From an uncultured Gaiellales bacterium (GTDB lineage: Bacteria > Actinomycetota > Thermoleophilia > RBG-16-64-13): a stretch of DNA of 51,786 nt. Of this stretch, positions 35,596-46,181 are shown one piece after another. Every line of letters starts with the position of its first letter. Within the stretch, counting starts at the first letter, position 1. The notes beneath the pieces were generated by a model. It had not been told where the DNA came from, did no database searches, and saw nothing but the letters and a program-made list of their open reading frames with translations. Location: assembly GCA_964497095.1 (NCBI GenBank), contig CAZCCL010000002.1, positions 10,492 to 62,277 on the forward strand, in the 5' to 3' direction. Both the position numbers and the translations under genes were made by a program.

Positions 35596-37970
35596 CGACC
35601 GCCCCCTTCCGGCTCAGGCGGTCCCGTAGCCCCCATCTGCCTTTTCGGTTCAACTGGGCCAGGGGGATCGGCTGCGGTCCGGCAGTCCGTCCGGGCTCGG
35701 AGCTGCAGCTGCAGCAAATCGGTCGGGGGGATGTGACAGCGGGTGGCATGGTCGGGGGCGTCGGCGTCGGTCTCGAAAGAGGTCGGTTCGTCGTCGGCAC
35801 TCAGCCAGGGCGGCTCCACCGTGGCGCAGATCTCTCCGAGATAGCGTGGACAGCGGGGATGGAATCGGCAACCGGACGGGACCTCGCCCGCTGGGGGAGG
35901 TCCCCCGCGGAGTTCGAGGCGGGTCCTTCTTGCGCGTGGGTCCGGCACCGGTATGGCTGAAAGGAGGGCTTCCGTATAAGGGTGATAGGGAGGCGAAAGG
36001 ACCCGGGCCGCCTCTCCTTGTTCCACCAATGTCCCCAGGTACATCACCGAGATCCGATGGGAGAGATGCTGGACCGCCGTCACATCATGAGAGATGAAGA
36101 GGTATGAGGTGCCCTGCTCCTCCTGCAGATCGACCAGGAGGTTCATGAGCGAGCCCTGCACCGACACGTCCAGGGACGAGATGGGCTCGTCACAGATCAC
36201 CAAGTCCGGGGCGGCTGCAAACGCCCGGGCGATGGCGACCCGCTGCTTCTCCCCGCCACTGAGTTCCGCAGGGTAGCGGTGCAGGTAATCTTCAGGCAAT
36301 CGTACTGCGGCCAGTAGGTCACGCGCCCGGCGAACGGCGGCATCATGCTTCATGTTCTGGAGAGTCAGCAGGGGACGCGTGATCGCCTGCTCTACGGTGC
36401 GCCTGGGGTTCAGGGAAGCATCCGGATTCTGGAAGACCATTTGCAGGCGCTGCAGTACTTCACGATCTCGGTCGGTGGTCAGGGGGGCCAGGGCCTCGCC
36501 CTCCAGCAATATCCGGCCTGAGGATGGGGCGGAAAGCCCTCCGATTAGGCGGGCAAGAGTGGTCTTACCACTTCCACTCTCTCCTACCAAGCCGAGCGTC
36601 CGGGCCGGATCGACCCAGGTCGTAACTCCGTCGACCGCATGGATAGCCTGTTTTCTGCCGCGAACGGGGTAGAACTTGCCAACGTCTTTCACGCTGATCA
36701 GGTGGTCTCCAGCGGTGGAGAGGGACGCCGACCCATTAGGCTGCGCCTCTTCCTCGGAACGGGTCCCAAGGACGTCGGAGGGGGTCGTCTGCTGTTTCGC
36801 CGGTCTGCCGTGCCGGGGGAGCGTGATGGCCTCGCGGCGGCCGGAATCCGTGAGGAGAGATTCCCATCTCAAACAGGATGTGCTCCGGTTCTCGGCCGTC
36901 CGCATCTGGGGTCGCCCGGCCCGACAGGCGTCCACGGCTATCGGGCAGCGGGGAGCGAAGAGACATCCTGGCGGAAGGTCGTTCAAAGGGGGCAGCGAGC
37001 CCGGTATGGCCGCGAGGCGAGGGGCAAGTCCGTCCGATCTGCGGCCGTCTAGCGGGCGGCCGGTTGAGCGCGAACCGGCAGTAGGAAGAGCTGGGTCGCT
37101 TGAGCCGGGTCCGTTCTCAGAGCCGGACTTGAACCGGGGCACGCAATTGAGCAGGTTGATCGTGTAGGGATGTAGGGGCCGCTCGAAAAGATCGACCACG
37201 CTCCCCTGTTCTACAACCTCACCGGCATACATGACCGCGACCCGATCACACACACGTGCCACTACACCAAGATTGTGCGTGATGTAGAGAATGGCCGTGC
37301 TGAACTGGTCTTTGAGATCCTCCAGCAGATCGAGGACCAAAGCCTGAGTGGTGACATCGAGCGCAGTGGTGGGTTCGTCAAGGATCAAGAACTCAGGACT
37401 CGTGATCAGCGCCATTCCTATCGCCGCGCGCTGGAGCATGCCTCCTGAAAGCTGGTGGGGATAGCTGTCCAGCACGGAACGAGGATTGGGCATGTCTACG
37501 CGGTCCAGCATGGCCAGGCTGGATTTCCTGGCCGCCTCCCGGCTCTGGCCAAGGTGGCGTCGGGCCATCTCGTCGAGTTGGCGTCCGATGGTCAGCGACG
37601 GATTGAAAGCTCCCAGAGGGTTCTGACTGACGAACCCGACCCTCGAGCCCCAGACCTGCCGGAGCTTCTTGCGTGAAAGAGCAGAGAGTTCGGTGTTGCC
37701 GAGTTGTACGAAGGAGCCATCCGCCAGCCGGCCGTTATCGGGAAGGTAGCCCACCGTCCCCAAAGCCAGAGTGGTCTTTCCCGAGCCCGATTCGCCGACC
37801 AATCCCAGGGTCTCTCCCGGGGCCAAGGCCAGGCTGACGCCTCTGACGGCCGGAATCAGGCCACTCTCCGTCCAGTAGATGATGGAGAGGTTGCCGATCT
37901 GCAGGGCGGGCCGTCTCTCCTCCGACTTCGTGCCGCTGGCTCGCGTGACCTCTGGCTTCATCTCGTCCAT
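35592..37970 (-). CDS. Fused DppD-DppF (OppD-OppF) ABC ATP-binding protein
   Basis: Two GESGSGKT / LSGG / DEP modules, each followed by HPYT and a GCxFxxRC Cys cluster; start re-called at MDEMK. Confidence 0.92.
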   Translation of the reverse strand: MDEMKPEVTRASGTKSEERRPALQIGNLSIIYWTESGLIPAVRGVSLALAPGETLGLVGESGSGKTTLALGTVGYLPDNGRLADGSFVQLGNTELSALSRKKLRQVWGSRVGFVSQNPLGAFNPSLTIGRQLDEMARRHLGQSREAARKSSLAMLDRVDMPNPRSVLDSYPHQLSGGMLQRAAIGMALITSPEFLILDEPTTALDVTTQALVLDLLEDLKDQFSTAILYITHNLGVVARVCDRVAVMYAGEVVEQGSVVDLFERPLHPYTINLLNCVPRFKSGSENGPGSSDPALPTAGSRSTGRPLDGRRSDGLAPRLAAIPGSLPPLNDLPPGCLFAPRCPIAVDACRAGRPQMRTAENRSTSCLRWESLLTDSGRREAITLPRHGRPAKQQTTPSDVLGTRSEEEAQPNGSASLSTAGDHLISVKDVGKFYPVRGRKQAIHAVDGVTTWVDPARTLGLVGESGSGKTTLARLIGGLSAPSSGRILLEGEALAPLTTDRDREVLQRLQMVFQNPDASLNPRRTVEQAITRPLLTLQNMKHDAAVRRARDLLAAVRLPEDYLHRYPAELSGGEKQRVAIARAFAAAPDLVICDEPISSLDVSVQGSLMNLLVDLQEEQGTSYLFISHDVTAVQHLSHRISVMYLGTLVEQGEAARVLSPPYHPYTEALLSAIPVPDPRARRTRLELRGGPPPAGEVPSGCRFHPRCPRYLGEICATVEPPWLSADDEPTSFETDADAPDHATRCHIPPTDLLQLQLRARTDCRTAADPPGPVEPKRQMGATGPPEPEGGGR

Positions 37971-37984
37971 CCGAGGCGCCTTGC

Positions 37985-38875
37985 CTATTTCGCCCGAGTC
38001 GAGCCGGGAGGACTGAACACATGACGCAGGCCATCGGACATGAGACTCGTGCCGATAACAAGCAGAGAGATCGCGGAGGCCGGGAAGATGAGCATCCAGG
38101 GGGCCGCGTCGAAAAACGTCCGCGCCTCGTTCACCTGGCGCCCCCAATCGGGAGACGGGGGCTGCACCCCCAGACCCAGGAACCCTAGGGACGCCACTAG
38201 GAAGATGGAGTAGGCGAACCTGACGGAGGTCTCCACCAACAGAGGAGGTATCGAGTTGGGGAGGATCTCGCGGAAAAGGATATGACGCCGACTTTCCCCC
38301 GCCAGTCGAGCTGCTTCGACGAACTCGCGGGTGCGGAGGTCCAGCACCATACTCCGGGCGATGCGGGCGAACATCGGGATGTAGAGGACTGTGATGACGA
38401 GGACGAGGTTGAGGCTCGACGGTCCGGCGGTAGCCACGAGGACCAGAGCCAGCAGCAGGGCGGGAAAGGCTAGAAGCACGTCGAGGATCCGCATGATGGC
38501 CTCGTCGTACAAGCGGCCCACATAACCGGCCAACAGGCCCAGGGAGGTGCCGATTATCGCTGCCAGGAGCGTCCCTGCACCGCCGAGGAGGAAGACCGCG
38601 CGGGCTCCGACCAGCACCCGGCTGAAGACATCACGCCCGAAATTGTCCGTCCCCATCGGGTGCTGGAGCGAAGGGGCCTGTAGCCTGATCGAGGCATCCT
38701 GGGCGGCGTAGTCATAGGGCGCGATAAGGGGCCCTAAGAGGGCTATCAATAGGAACAAGACGAAGATGACGGTTCCGGCGAGGGCTACGGGCTGGCGACG
38801 GAGCCGACGCCAGTAAACGGTGGCCCCCCGTCGCCGGGGGGCCGGGACTGTGGCCTCTTCGATCTTCTCCGTCAA
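37985..38875 (-). CDS. Peptide/nickel ABC permease (DppC/OppC-like)
   Basis: HPMGTDNFGRD, EFVEAARLAG, LGFLGLG.QPP.PDWG and SDGLR motifs. Confidence 0.93.
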   Translation of the reverse strand: MTEKIEEATVPAPRRRGATVYWRRLRRQPVALAGTVIFVLFLLIALLGPLIAPYDYAAQDASIRLQAPSLQHPMGTDNFGRDVFSRVLVGARAVFLLGGAGTLLAAIIGTSLGLLAGYVGRLYDEAIMRILDVLLAFPALLLALVLVATAGPSSLNLVLVITVLYIPMFARIARSMVLDLRTREFVEAARLAGESRRHILFREILPNSIPPLLVETSVRFAYSIFLVASLGFLGLGVQPPSPDWGRQVNEARTFFDAAPWMLIFPASAISLLVIGTSLMSDGLRHVFSPPGSTRAK

Positions 38876-40476
38876 CCCGTGAAGCGAGCGGTACGGAAGA
38901 GGGTACGCGACCAGTCAGGTGCCAGTTGGATACCGTCGACAGTCGCGCTCAGCCCGGCTGCGGCGGTAGAGAAGAACGGGACGATTACCGGTCCGCGTTC
39001 GATCATGATCTCCTGCGCCTGCTTGTAAAGGTCGATGCGTTTTGCCCTATCCATTTCGCTGTTTATCTGAGCGACGATGGCATCGAACTCCGGGTCGCTC
39101 CAGTGGGACTCGTTCCAGGGGGCATCCGTCATGTAGGCGGCGTTGAAGTAGGCGTTGGGCGTGGCCCGAGCCCCCCATTCGGTGATCCCGAAGTCGACGA
39201 CGAGCCAGCTGTTATCGCCCTCGCTGTAATACACGTCTGGAGGAATGGTTTGAATGTCCACTGTTACCCCGATAGCCTTCATCTGCTCTTTCCAGACTGT
39301 GGCGATGGCCGGTACCTCCAGCGCCTGCTGGGCGTAGAGGGTGATGGTGAGACCATCAGCGTATCCCGCCTCGGCGAGCAGCGTCTTCGCCTGCTCGGGG
39401 TCGTAGACGGGAGGCTGGTCGAGATAGTAGTCGCCGTACGCGGGCCCAACGGGGGTGCCGTTCCCCACTACTGCCAGGCCAGGTCTCACCTGGTCGATGA
39501 GGCCCTGATGGTCGGTTCCCAGCTGCAAGGCCTTGCGGACCCGCACGTCGGCGCTCGGTCGACCCTCATCGGAACGCATGTGGATCACGTAGTGGAACGC
39601 ACTGGCAGGCCCGGTGATCACCTTCAGATTCGAGTCACCGCTGATGGAATCGACCAGTTCGGAGGTGAGCCCGGCCACGAACCCGACCTGGCCTCCGCGC
39701 AGGGCTTCGATCTGTCCGGCCACGTCCGGAGAGAAGATGAACTGGATCTCGTCCAAGTAGGGGAGTTGAACGCCCCGGTCGTCCTTCATCCAGTAATGGG
39801 GGTTCTTATTGAGGATGGCTCTGTCCTCCGCCGAGTACGACCCGATGGTGAACGGGCCGGTGCCGATCCATTCCGCAGCAGGATCGGTGACCGACTTCGA
39901 CAGTATGGCCGCGTGATAGTCGGCTACATCGCTCGGGAACTCGGGATTGGCTTCTGTAAGGGTGAATTCGACGTGGGTGGCATCGACGGCCGTGATCGAG
40001 GCTACGTTCTCGTAGAGGCCCACTCCCGGTGATCCGACCTCGGGATCGCGCAGGCGATCGAAGGTGTAGACCACGTCATCCGCGGTGAAGGGTTCGCCGT
40101 TCGAGAACTGAACGTCCGAACGTAGGGTGAAAGTCCACACTTTGCCGTCACTGGACTGCCATTCGGTGGCCAGAGCCGGAACCAAACCGTTGTCCCGAGT
40201 GATTTCCACCAGCCAATCATAGACCTGCTCGTTGATGAGTATGTCTGACCGGGCGCTGGCGAAAGCAGGGTCCCGGTTGGTCGCCGGTTCGGTCGCTACT
40301 TGCAGGACTCCTCCGGTTTGCGGGCCGGCTTCGCCCGCGGTGGTGGAGGTAACGGCTTCATCCTCTCCCGAACCGCATGCTGTAAGTAGGACTAGGGCCG
40401 AAAGCACGACCAGGCAAACCGCCACGATGGGAAATGACGGTCTTGCAGCGTTCATGGACGGAATGCGGTATCGCAT
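38872..40476 (-). CDS. Family-5 ABC substrate-binding lipoprotein (DppA/OppA-like)
   Basis: Lipobox LTA-C, PALATEW, LR..V.FSNG..FTADDV and GTGPF motifs. Confidence 0.93.
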   Translation of the reverse strand: MRYRIPSMNAARPSFPIVAVCLVVLSALVLLTACGSGEDEAVTSTTAGEAGPQTGGVLQVATEPATNRDPAFASARSDILINEQVYDWLVEITRDNGLVPALATEWQSSDGKVWTFTLRSDVQFSNGEPFTADDVVYTFDRLRDPEVGSPGVGLYENVASITAVDATHVEFTLTEANPEFPSDVADYHAAILSKSVTDPAAEWIGTGPFTIGSYSAEDRAILNKNPHYWMKDDRGVQLPYLDEIQFIFSPDVAGQIEALRGGQVGFVAGLTSELVDSISGDSNLKVITGPASAFHYVIHMRSDEGRPSADVRVRKALQLGTDHQGLIDQVRPGLAVVGNGTPVGPAYGDYYLDQPPVYDPEQAKTLLAEAGYADGLTITLYAQQALEVPAIATVWKEQMKAIGVTVDIQTIPPDVYYSEGDNSWLVVDFGITEWGARATPNAYFNAAYMTDAPWNESHWSDPEFDAIVAQINSEMDRAKRIDLYKQAQEIMIERGPVIVPFFSTAAAGLSATVDGIQLAPDWSRTLFRTARFTG

Positions 40477-40669
40477 GGCAGTAGCTCCCCTCTGTGGTCT
40501 ATCTAGTCTGCCTACCCCGGACACGGCAGTCCGCAAACCCCTCGGCCTTTGGCGCGACTCCTTAGGCGCGGCCATTTCGGCGCGGTCACCTTGGTGCGGT
40601 CACTTGGGCGCGACACGTTCGGCGGGGTTCGGATCGGCACGGACAGAGACCCCGCGGCCAGGCATCCTC

Positions 40670-43204
40670 CTAATCGGTAGTTTCGGCGCGCCGAGCCGCC
40701 TCTCTCCAGAACGGGAGCCGCAGCCCGATCCGCCAGCCCAGGCCCACGAAGAACCATGCGAATATGCAGGTCGCGCACGTTACCCCGATCACCGCCCAAC
40801 CAGGCAGATCGAGAGCCAGGAAGTCCCGGGAGAAGGGGACGGAGAATGCTACGGCCAGCAGGGCGGCCATAGCCAAGAGAAGCCACAGCCGCCATCCGCG
40901 GATCGGCCGTTCGATGACGGCGATGACCCGAAGGCCTATGACGCAGAAGATCACGGTCTCCATCGTGCGGGCTTCTTCCACCGAGGCTCCCACGGCTCGG
41001 ATGAGAAGGTACGAGGAGAGGACCGTGACGGCGGCGAGCAGACCGGTGGGGATCACGAACCGCGCCACCCTGTAGACGAAGCCGGGTACGTAGCGCCGCT
41101 TGTTGGGCGCCAGGGCGAGGAAGAAACCGGGTATGCCTATGACCAGCGCGTCGATGAGGCTGAGGTGGCGAGGAAGGATCGGGTAGGACACGGCCAGGAC
41201 GGCGATGGAAATGGCCAGGGCGGCCGCCCAGACACTCTTGGTGGTGAACAGATTGGCCACACGCTCGATGTTGGCCGTGACCCGCCGGCCTTCGGCCATC
41301 ACCCCGGGAAGAGTCGAGAAGCGGGAGTCGACCAGCACCAACTGAGAGACGGCCTGGGCGGCTGCCGTACCGGTCCCCATGGCGATACCCATGTCGGCCT
41401 GCTTGAGAGCGAGCACATCGTTGACGCCGTCGCCGGTCATCGCCACGGTGTGCCCTCTTTGCTGGAGGGCCTCCACCATGGCGCATTTCTGATCGGGATT
41501 CACCCGGCCGAAGACGGTGGTGTTCTCCATCAGGTCGGCCAAGGCCTCTCCCTCGGGCAGCCGGCGCGAATCGATCGCCCGTTCCGACCCGGGCACCCCG
41601 GCCTTGGCGGCTACCGTAGCCACCGTGGCAGGATTGTCGCCGGAGATGACCTTGATCTCCACCCCCTGCTCCTGGAAGTACCGGAGGGTCTGAGGAGCGT
41701 CCGATCGTATCCGCTCTGTGAGTATCACCAGTCCCACCGGGGTCAGCCCCGCCGGGAGCACATCGCCGTTCAGGGGAGCATCGGTGTGAGCGAGCAGGAG
41801 GACGCGCAGGCCGTCTTTGGCGACTTCTCCGGCTCGGGCGCGGGCATGGGCGGCGGCCGGCACGCCGTTCGCCGCCACGATCTCCGGGGCCCCGAGCACC
41901 CAGGAGCCTCGGCCGCTCACGCGCGCCGCGCTCCACTTGCGGGCCGAAGAGAAGGGGACCGAGTCCTCGAGGGTCCAGTCGCGGGGGGCGGGCACAGCCG
42001 CGGCGATGGCATCGAGCGTGGAGTTGCGGCTGGAGGCGGTCGCTGCGAGCAGGCCGAGGACCTGTAGGGCCAGCGCATCCCGTCCCGGGTCGCCATCCAG
42101 GGCACCAGGGGTCCCCTCGGCCTGGACGCCGTCGGCCGTCGCGGCCGCGGCCTCTTCCCCGGCTGCCGCGCTCGCCGTCGGCGCGGCTGATGACCCCGAC
42201 CCTCCGCCGGCATCGAGCCGCTCGAAACGATCGAACGCTGGGACGTGCTCGGTGATGGTGCCCGTCTTGTCGATGCAGAGCACGTCCACTCGGGCCAGCC
42301 CCTCCACCGCGGGCAACTCGCGGGTCAAAACTTTGCGGCGCGCCAGGGTGATGGCCGACACGGCGAAAGCGATGCTCGTCAGCAGGACCAGCCCTTGGGG
42401 GATCATAGCCACGAGGGCGGCTACCGCATTGGTCACCCCCTGTTCCATGGTCACGTCCATACGGAACTGGGCCCAGATCAGAAGCGCGCCGACGGGGATG
42501 ATCCCTATCCCTATGACGCGCAGGATGTTGTTGATCCCGGTCATCAGGTCGGAGCGGAGACGCACGTAGCGCTTGCCCTCCCCCGTCAGTCTTTGGGCGT
42601 AGGCTTCGGCGCCTACCGCGGTCGTGCGGAACAGCCCGCTACCTGCCACCACGAAGCTACCGGAGAGCAGAGGGTCTCCCGCCTCCTTGAGCACGGGCGC
42701 GGACTCACCGGTGAGCAGAGACTCATCCACCTCGAGGCTGAGGGACTCCAGGGTGTCGCCGTCCGCCACGATCTGGTCGCCCACCGTCACCCGGAGGACA
42801 TCGTCGAGCACCACCTCGCCCACGGGGACCTCCCGCTCTTCGCCGTCCCTTATGACTCGAGCCGCCGGCGCCGTGAGCACGTGCAGACGGTCCAAAGCGA
42901 TCTTGGCCCGCATCTCCTGGAAGATACCGATGAAGGAGTTGATCACGATGATGGCGCCGAAGAGGGCATCGCGCCACGAGCCGAAGGTCACCATGAAGAC
43001 GAACAGGACGCCCAGGATCAGGTTGAAATACGTCAGCGTGTTGGTGCGAATGATGTCCCAGGTGGTGCGTCCACCGGGACGGGGGGTCACATTGGTATGC
43101 CCGGCGGCGACCCGCTCACGGACTTCACCGGAGGTGAGCCCGCGCACCGGCGGGGCGCCGTCCGTCACCAGGGCATCGTTCGACGGCGGGGCGCCGTTCA
43201 CCAA
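40670..43204 (-). CDS. P-type ATPase, CtpE-like
   Basis: DESLLTGES, DKTGT, FSSARKWS, ISGDN and MTGDGVND motifs; TM4 motif reads PQGL. Confidence 0.92.
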   Translation of the reverse strand: MVNGAPPSNDALVTDGAPPVRGLTSGEVRERVAAGHTNVTPRPGGRTTWDIIRTNTLTYFNLILGVLFVFMVTFGSWRDALFGAIIVINSFIGIFQEMRAKIALDRLHVLTAPAARVIRDGEEREVPVGEVVLDDVLRVTVGDQIVADGDTLESLSLEVDESLLTGESAPVLKEAGDPLLSGSFVVAGSGLFRTTAVGAEAYAQRLTGEGKRYVRLRSDLMTGINNILRVIGIGIIPVGALLIWAQFRMDVTMEQGVTNAVAALVAMIPQGLVLLTSIAFAVSAITLARRKVLTRELPAVEGLARVDVLCIDKTGTITEHVPAFDRFERLDAGGGSGSSAAPTASAAAGEEAAAATADGVQAEGTPGALDGDPGRDALALQVLGLLAATASSRNSTLDAIAAAVPAPRDWTLEDSVPFSSARKWSAARVSGRGSWVLGAPEIVAANGVPAAAHARARAGEVAKDGLRVLLLAHTDAPLNGDVLPAGLTPVGLVILTERIRSDAPQTLRYFQEQGVEIKVISGDNPATVATVAAKAGVPGSERAIDSRRLPEGEALADLMENTTVFGRVNPDQKCAMVEALQQRGHTVAMTGDGVNDVLALKQADMGIAMGTGTAAAQAVSQLVLVDSRFSTLPGVMAEGRRVTANIERVANLFTTKSVWAAALAISIAVLAVSYPILPRHLSLIDALVIGIPGFFLALAPNKRRYVPGFVYRVARFVIPTGLLAAVTVLSSYLLIRAVGASVEEARTMETVIFCVIGLRVIAVIERPIRGWRLWLLLAMAALLAVAFSVPFSRDFLALDLPGWAVIGVTCATCIFAWFFVGLGWRIGLRLPFWREAARRAETTD

Positions 43205-43425
43205 TCTCCCCCTCTCCCCCTATCCCGTGCCGAGGGCGTCGTCGTGAGCGAGCACGGCGGATCTTTGTCGCCAAAGGTTATCAGAAGAGTCGGGGGGTCT
43301 TGCATTCCTTCCGTGGATGGGTTCCCATGGAGGAGAAGGCAGCCTGTGGGACCTGGAGTCACGAAGATGACGAGGGGTTTGACCGAGAAGCATGCGACCG
43401 GCCGCACGTCCGGCGGGGTCCACTC

Positions 43426-44238
43426 ATGATCCACGCCGACGCCGCTCTGGCCCGGCGTCTGGAGGGTCTCGTCCGTGCCGAGTTCCTCCGTCTGGCCGCC
43501 GTCGCGCCGGCCGTCCTGCCCGGCGTGCCTGTTGAGTGCGTCCAGGTGGGTAGTGGAGCAGCGCTGTGGCTGGGAGAGGGTTCACCGGTCAATCTCGCGG
43601 TCGGACTGGGCATGGCCGGACCGGTGAAGGAAGCGGAACTGGAGCGGGTCGAGGCCTTCTACCACGATAGGGGAGCCGGGGCTGTGATCAGCATGTGCCC
43701 GCTGGCCCACCCTTCGTTGCTCGAGGGTCTGGGCCGGCGGGGCTGGCGGGCCTCGGATTTCGAGCACGTGCTCGTGCTGGAACTCGGCGGGTATCGTAAT
43801 AGGAGCGATGTCCCAGTGCCGGCGGACATCGAGGTGCGGGTATGCGCGCCGCAGGAACGAGAACTGTGGGGACGGCTGGCTGCGCAGGGGTTCTCTGCCG
43901 GGGATCCGCCCGAGCGACGTCACGAGGAGTTCGGCGCGATCATGGCTGCGCGCGAGGACGCGATCCTGGTGCTGGCCTGGGCGGAGGGTGTCCCGGCCGG
44001 TACCGGGGCCTTGATCACGTCCGGGGGAGTGGGCTGGCTATCCGGGGACTCCACGTTGCCCCAGTACCGGAGGCGTGGCATACAGCAGGCCGTCCAACGC
44101 CACCGTCTGCTGCTTGCCGAGGCGGCAGGCTGCGAGTTGGCGGTCACCGAGGCGGCTCCGGGCGGCGCCTCGCAACGCAACATGGAGCGGACCGGGTTCC
44201 GAGTCGCCTACACGCACGTGGAGTTCGCGAAAGGCTAA
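43426..44238 (+). CDS. GNAT-family N-acetyltransferase
   Basis: C-terminal TLPQYRRRGIQ acetyl-CoA motif and SQRNMERTGF; start re-called at MIHAD. Confidence 0.88.
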   Translation: MIHADAALARRLEGLVRAEFLRLAAVAPAVLPGVPVECVQVGSGAALWLGEGSPVNLAVGLGMAGPVKEAELERVEAFYHDRGAGAVISMCPLAHPSLLEGLGRRGWRASDFEHVLVLELGGYRNRSDVPVPADIEVRVCAPQERELWGRLAAQGFSAGDPPERRHEEFGAIMAAREDAILVLAWAEGVPAGTGALITSGGVGWLSGDSTLPQYRRRGIQQAVQRHRLLLAEAAGCELAVTEAAPGGASQRNMERTGFRVAYTHVEFAKG

Positions 44239-44239
44239 T

Positions 44240-44291
44240 AACTCGTTTCAGAATGACATCTCGGCCACCGAGGCCGCGCTTGGCGGCCGGA
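44240..44291. repeat. Partial second copy (left end) of the 9812-9971 element
   Basis: 52 bp matching 9812-9863 with 2 mismatches, just after the GNAT stop codon. Confidence 0.85.
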
Positions 44292-44383
44292 GGCGGCTCC
44301 GTCCCCTGTCTGGCGGACCCACCGAGGGTGTGTTCTACTGTGCCTGGCGGATCGACACGTGGCGACGGCCGAGGAGGCAGCGC

Positions 44384-44647
44384 ATGGCCCTCATACTTTG
44401 GATCGTGGTAGGGATAGTGCTGGGATTGCTGGCCAAATGGATCACGAGGCGGCGGATAGGCTGGTTCTGGACGCTCGCCGTGGGCATCGTCGGCGCCGTG
44501 CTGGGCGGCTTCCTGGGCAGGGCTCTCGGCTACGGCGGTGTGGTGAACGACTTCAGCGTCTGGAGCCTGCTTATCGCCATAGCAGTGTCCGTCGTTCTGC
44601 TACTCGCGCTCAGTGCGACCCGGGTCGGGAGAAGGCGGCGGGCCTGA
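44384..44647 (+). CDS. GlsB/YeaQ/YmgE family (transglycosylase-associated) membrane protein
   Basis: WIVVGIVLGLLAK...GIVGAVLGG pattern; GAGGAGG RBS. Confidence 0.88.
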   Translation: MALILWIVVGIVLGLLAKWITRRRIGWFWTLAVGIVGAVLGGFLGRALGYGGVVNDFSVWSLLIAIAVSVVLLLALSATRVGRRRRA

Positions 44648-44680
44648 ACCCGACGGCACTCCTCACCGGACGGGACACGG

Positions 44681-45142
44681 TCACGTCAACAGCCGCAGTT
44701 TGGGTCCCGTGAACTCGAAACCCAGCCGCTCGTAGAAGCGCACCGCGCGCTCGTCCTGCGGATCCGCCGGGCCGGTGACGTCCAGGCGGTACCATCCCTT
44801 CTCTCGGGCGATGGCGACCGCAGCCTGCACCAGTTGTCCGCCGACGCCTGACCCGCGGTGTCCCGGGCGGACGTACATCTCGTCGATCGTCCCGTACTCC
44901 CCGCCGGCGTACAGGGCGAAGCTCTTCGAAAGGGTCAGGACTCCGACCGCGGTGCCGCTCTCGTCCTCGGCCAGGAGGGCTAGGAATCGTCCCGATTCGA
45001 GATTGCTCTCGATATCAGCCCGGAGCTTGTCGTGATCGATGGAGGCGAATTCTTGCCCCTCTTCCCCCAACTCGGCGAGCAACTCCTCTATGAGTGCCAT
45101 GATGGTCTCGATCTCCCGGGGCTGGGCGATGTGAACCCTCAC
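44681..45142 (-). CDS. GNAT-family N-acetyltransferase
   Basis: [16 protein letters not shown] and [10 protein letters not shown] motifs. Confidence 0.92.
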   Translation of the reverse strand: MRVHIAQPREIETIMALIEELLAELGEEGQEFASIDHDKLRADIESNLESGRFLALLAEDESGTAVGVLTLSKSFALYAGGEYGTIDEMYVRPGHRGSGVGGQLVQAAVAIAREKGWYRLDVTGPADPQDERAVRFYERLGFEFTGPKLRLLT

Positions 45143-45256
45143 GGTAGCGGAGTATCCTCGGGCTGGGTGTCCTTGGCGGGCATGACGGTCATCCTAGCAC
45201 CAGGCTACAATAGCCGGCACCACTGGCGCCATCGAGGCCGTACGCCCGGAGGAGGA

Positions 45257-46165
45257 ATGAGTATGACGCCGACCGCCATGTTCGCATCCCAGGAACGCGG
45301 CCTGCCGCTCTTGAGGCGAGGCAAGGTGCGCGACGTCTACCAGCCCAGCGACGAGCATCTGATCATCGTCGCCTGCGATCGTATATCCGCCTTCGACCAC
45401 GTCCTGCCCACGCCTGTCCCCACCAAGGGCATGATCCTGACCCGGATGTCCAATTTCTGGTTCCAGAAGACGGAGCACCTGATCGCCAACCATATCGTCG
45501 ATTACGATCCGGGCCCGCAGTGGTACCCGGAGTTGGACTGGTACTACGAAGACCTCAAAGGCCGGACGGTCCTCGTCCGTAAAGCCGAGCCTCTTGCCAT
45601 TGAGGCTATCGTGCGCGGATATCTCTCGGGTTCGGGTTGGAAGGAGTATCAGAACCTGGGAACGGTCTGCGGCATCAGTCTGCCCCAGGGCCTCGAGGAG
45701 TCCGCCCGGCTACCGGAGACGATCTTCACGCCGTCCACGAAGGCTCAGTCCGGCCACGACGAGAACATATCGTTCGACGAGGCTGCCTCGCTCGTGGGCC
45801 GGGATATCGCCGAGAAGGTGCGGGATGCGAGCCTCGCCCTCTACGGCTTCGCGGCGGAGCATGCCCTGGAGCGGGGCATCATCATCGCCGACACGAAGTT
45901 CGAGTTCGGACTTGTGAACGAGGGGGCCGACAAGGGCGAGCTTATTCTGATCGACGAGGTCCTTACTCCCGATTCTTCCCGGTTCTGGCCCGCCGATTCG
46001 TATGAGCCCGGTCGGGCCCAGGCCAGTTTCGACAAGCAGTTCGTGCGCGACTACCTCGAATCCATCGGCTGGAACAAGGAAGCTCCCGCTCCACCCTTGC
46101 CCGACGACGTGATCGAGAAGACCCGGGAGAAGTACCAGGAGGCCTTGCTCCGCCTGACCTCCTAG
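45257..46165 (+). CDS. purC: Phosphoribosylaminoimidazole-succinocarboxamide (SAICAR) synthase
   Basis: [48 protein letters not shown] and SFDKQFVRD motifs. Confidence 0.97.
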   Translation: MSMTPTAMFASQERGLPLLRRGKVRDVYQPSDEHLIIVACDRISAFDHVLPTPVPTKGMILTRMSNFWFQKTEHLIANHIVDYDPGPQWYPELDWYYEDLKGRTVLVRKAEPLAIEAIVRGYLSGSGWKEYQNLGTVCGISLPQGLEESARLPETIFTPSTKAQSGHDENISFDEAASLVGRDIAEKVRDASLALYGFAAEHALERGIIIADTKFEFGLVNEGADKGELILIDEVLTPDSSRFWPADSYEPGRAQASFDKQFVRDYLESIGWNKEAPAPPLPDDVIEKTREKYQEALLRLTS

Positions 46166-46181
46166 CGGTGCGTTCTCCCCG

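Noticed and set aside
40232-42067. Long antisense/alternative-frame ORFs (e.g. 611 aa here; also 10469-11758, 30347-31657, 34628-35800)
   Set aside because: Shadow ORFs of real genes in high-GC DNA, with no recognisable motifs.
43205-43425. Possible yybP-ykoY (Mn2+) riboswitch upstream of the P-type ATPase
   Set aside because: CGTCATC and GCAAGACC-like words occur on the minus strand, but the conserved GGGGAGUA 5' element and the pairing are missing.
45215-45252. ZMP/ZTP (pfl) riboswitch-like words ACTGGCG and GCCGTACGCCCGG upstream of purC
   Set aside because: Only about 8 nt separate the two words, leaving no room for P2 or the 3' strand of P1, and the leader after TACAAT (45206) is only about 40 nt. 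At most a vestige; cmsearch would settle it.
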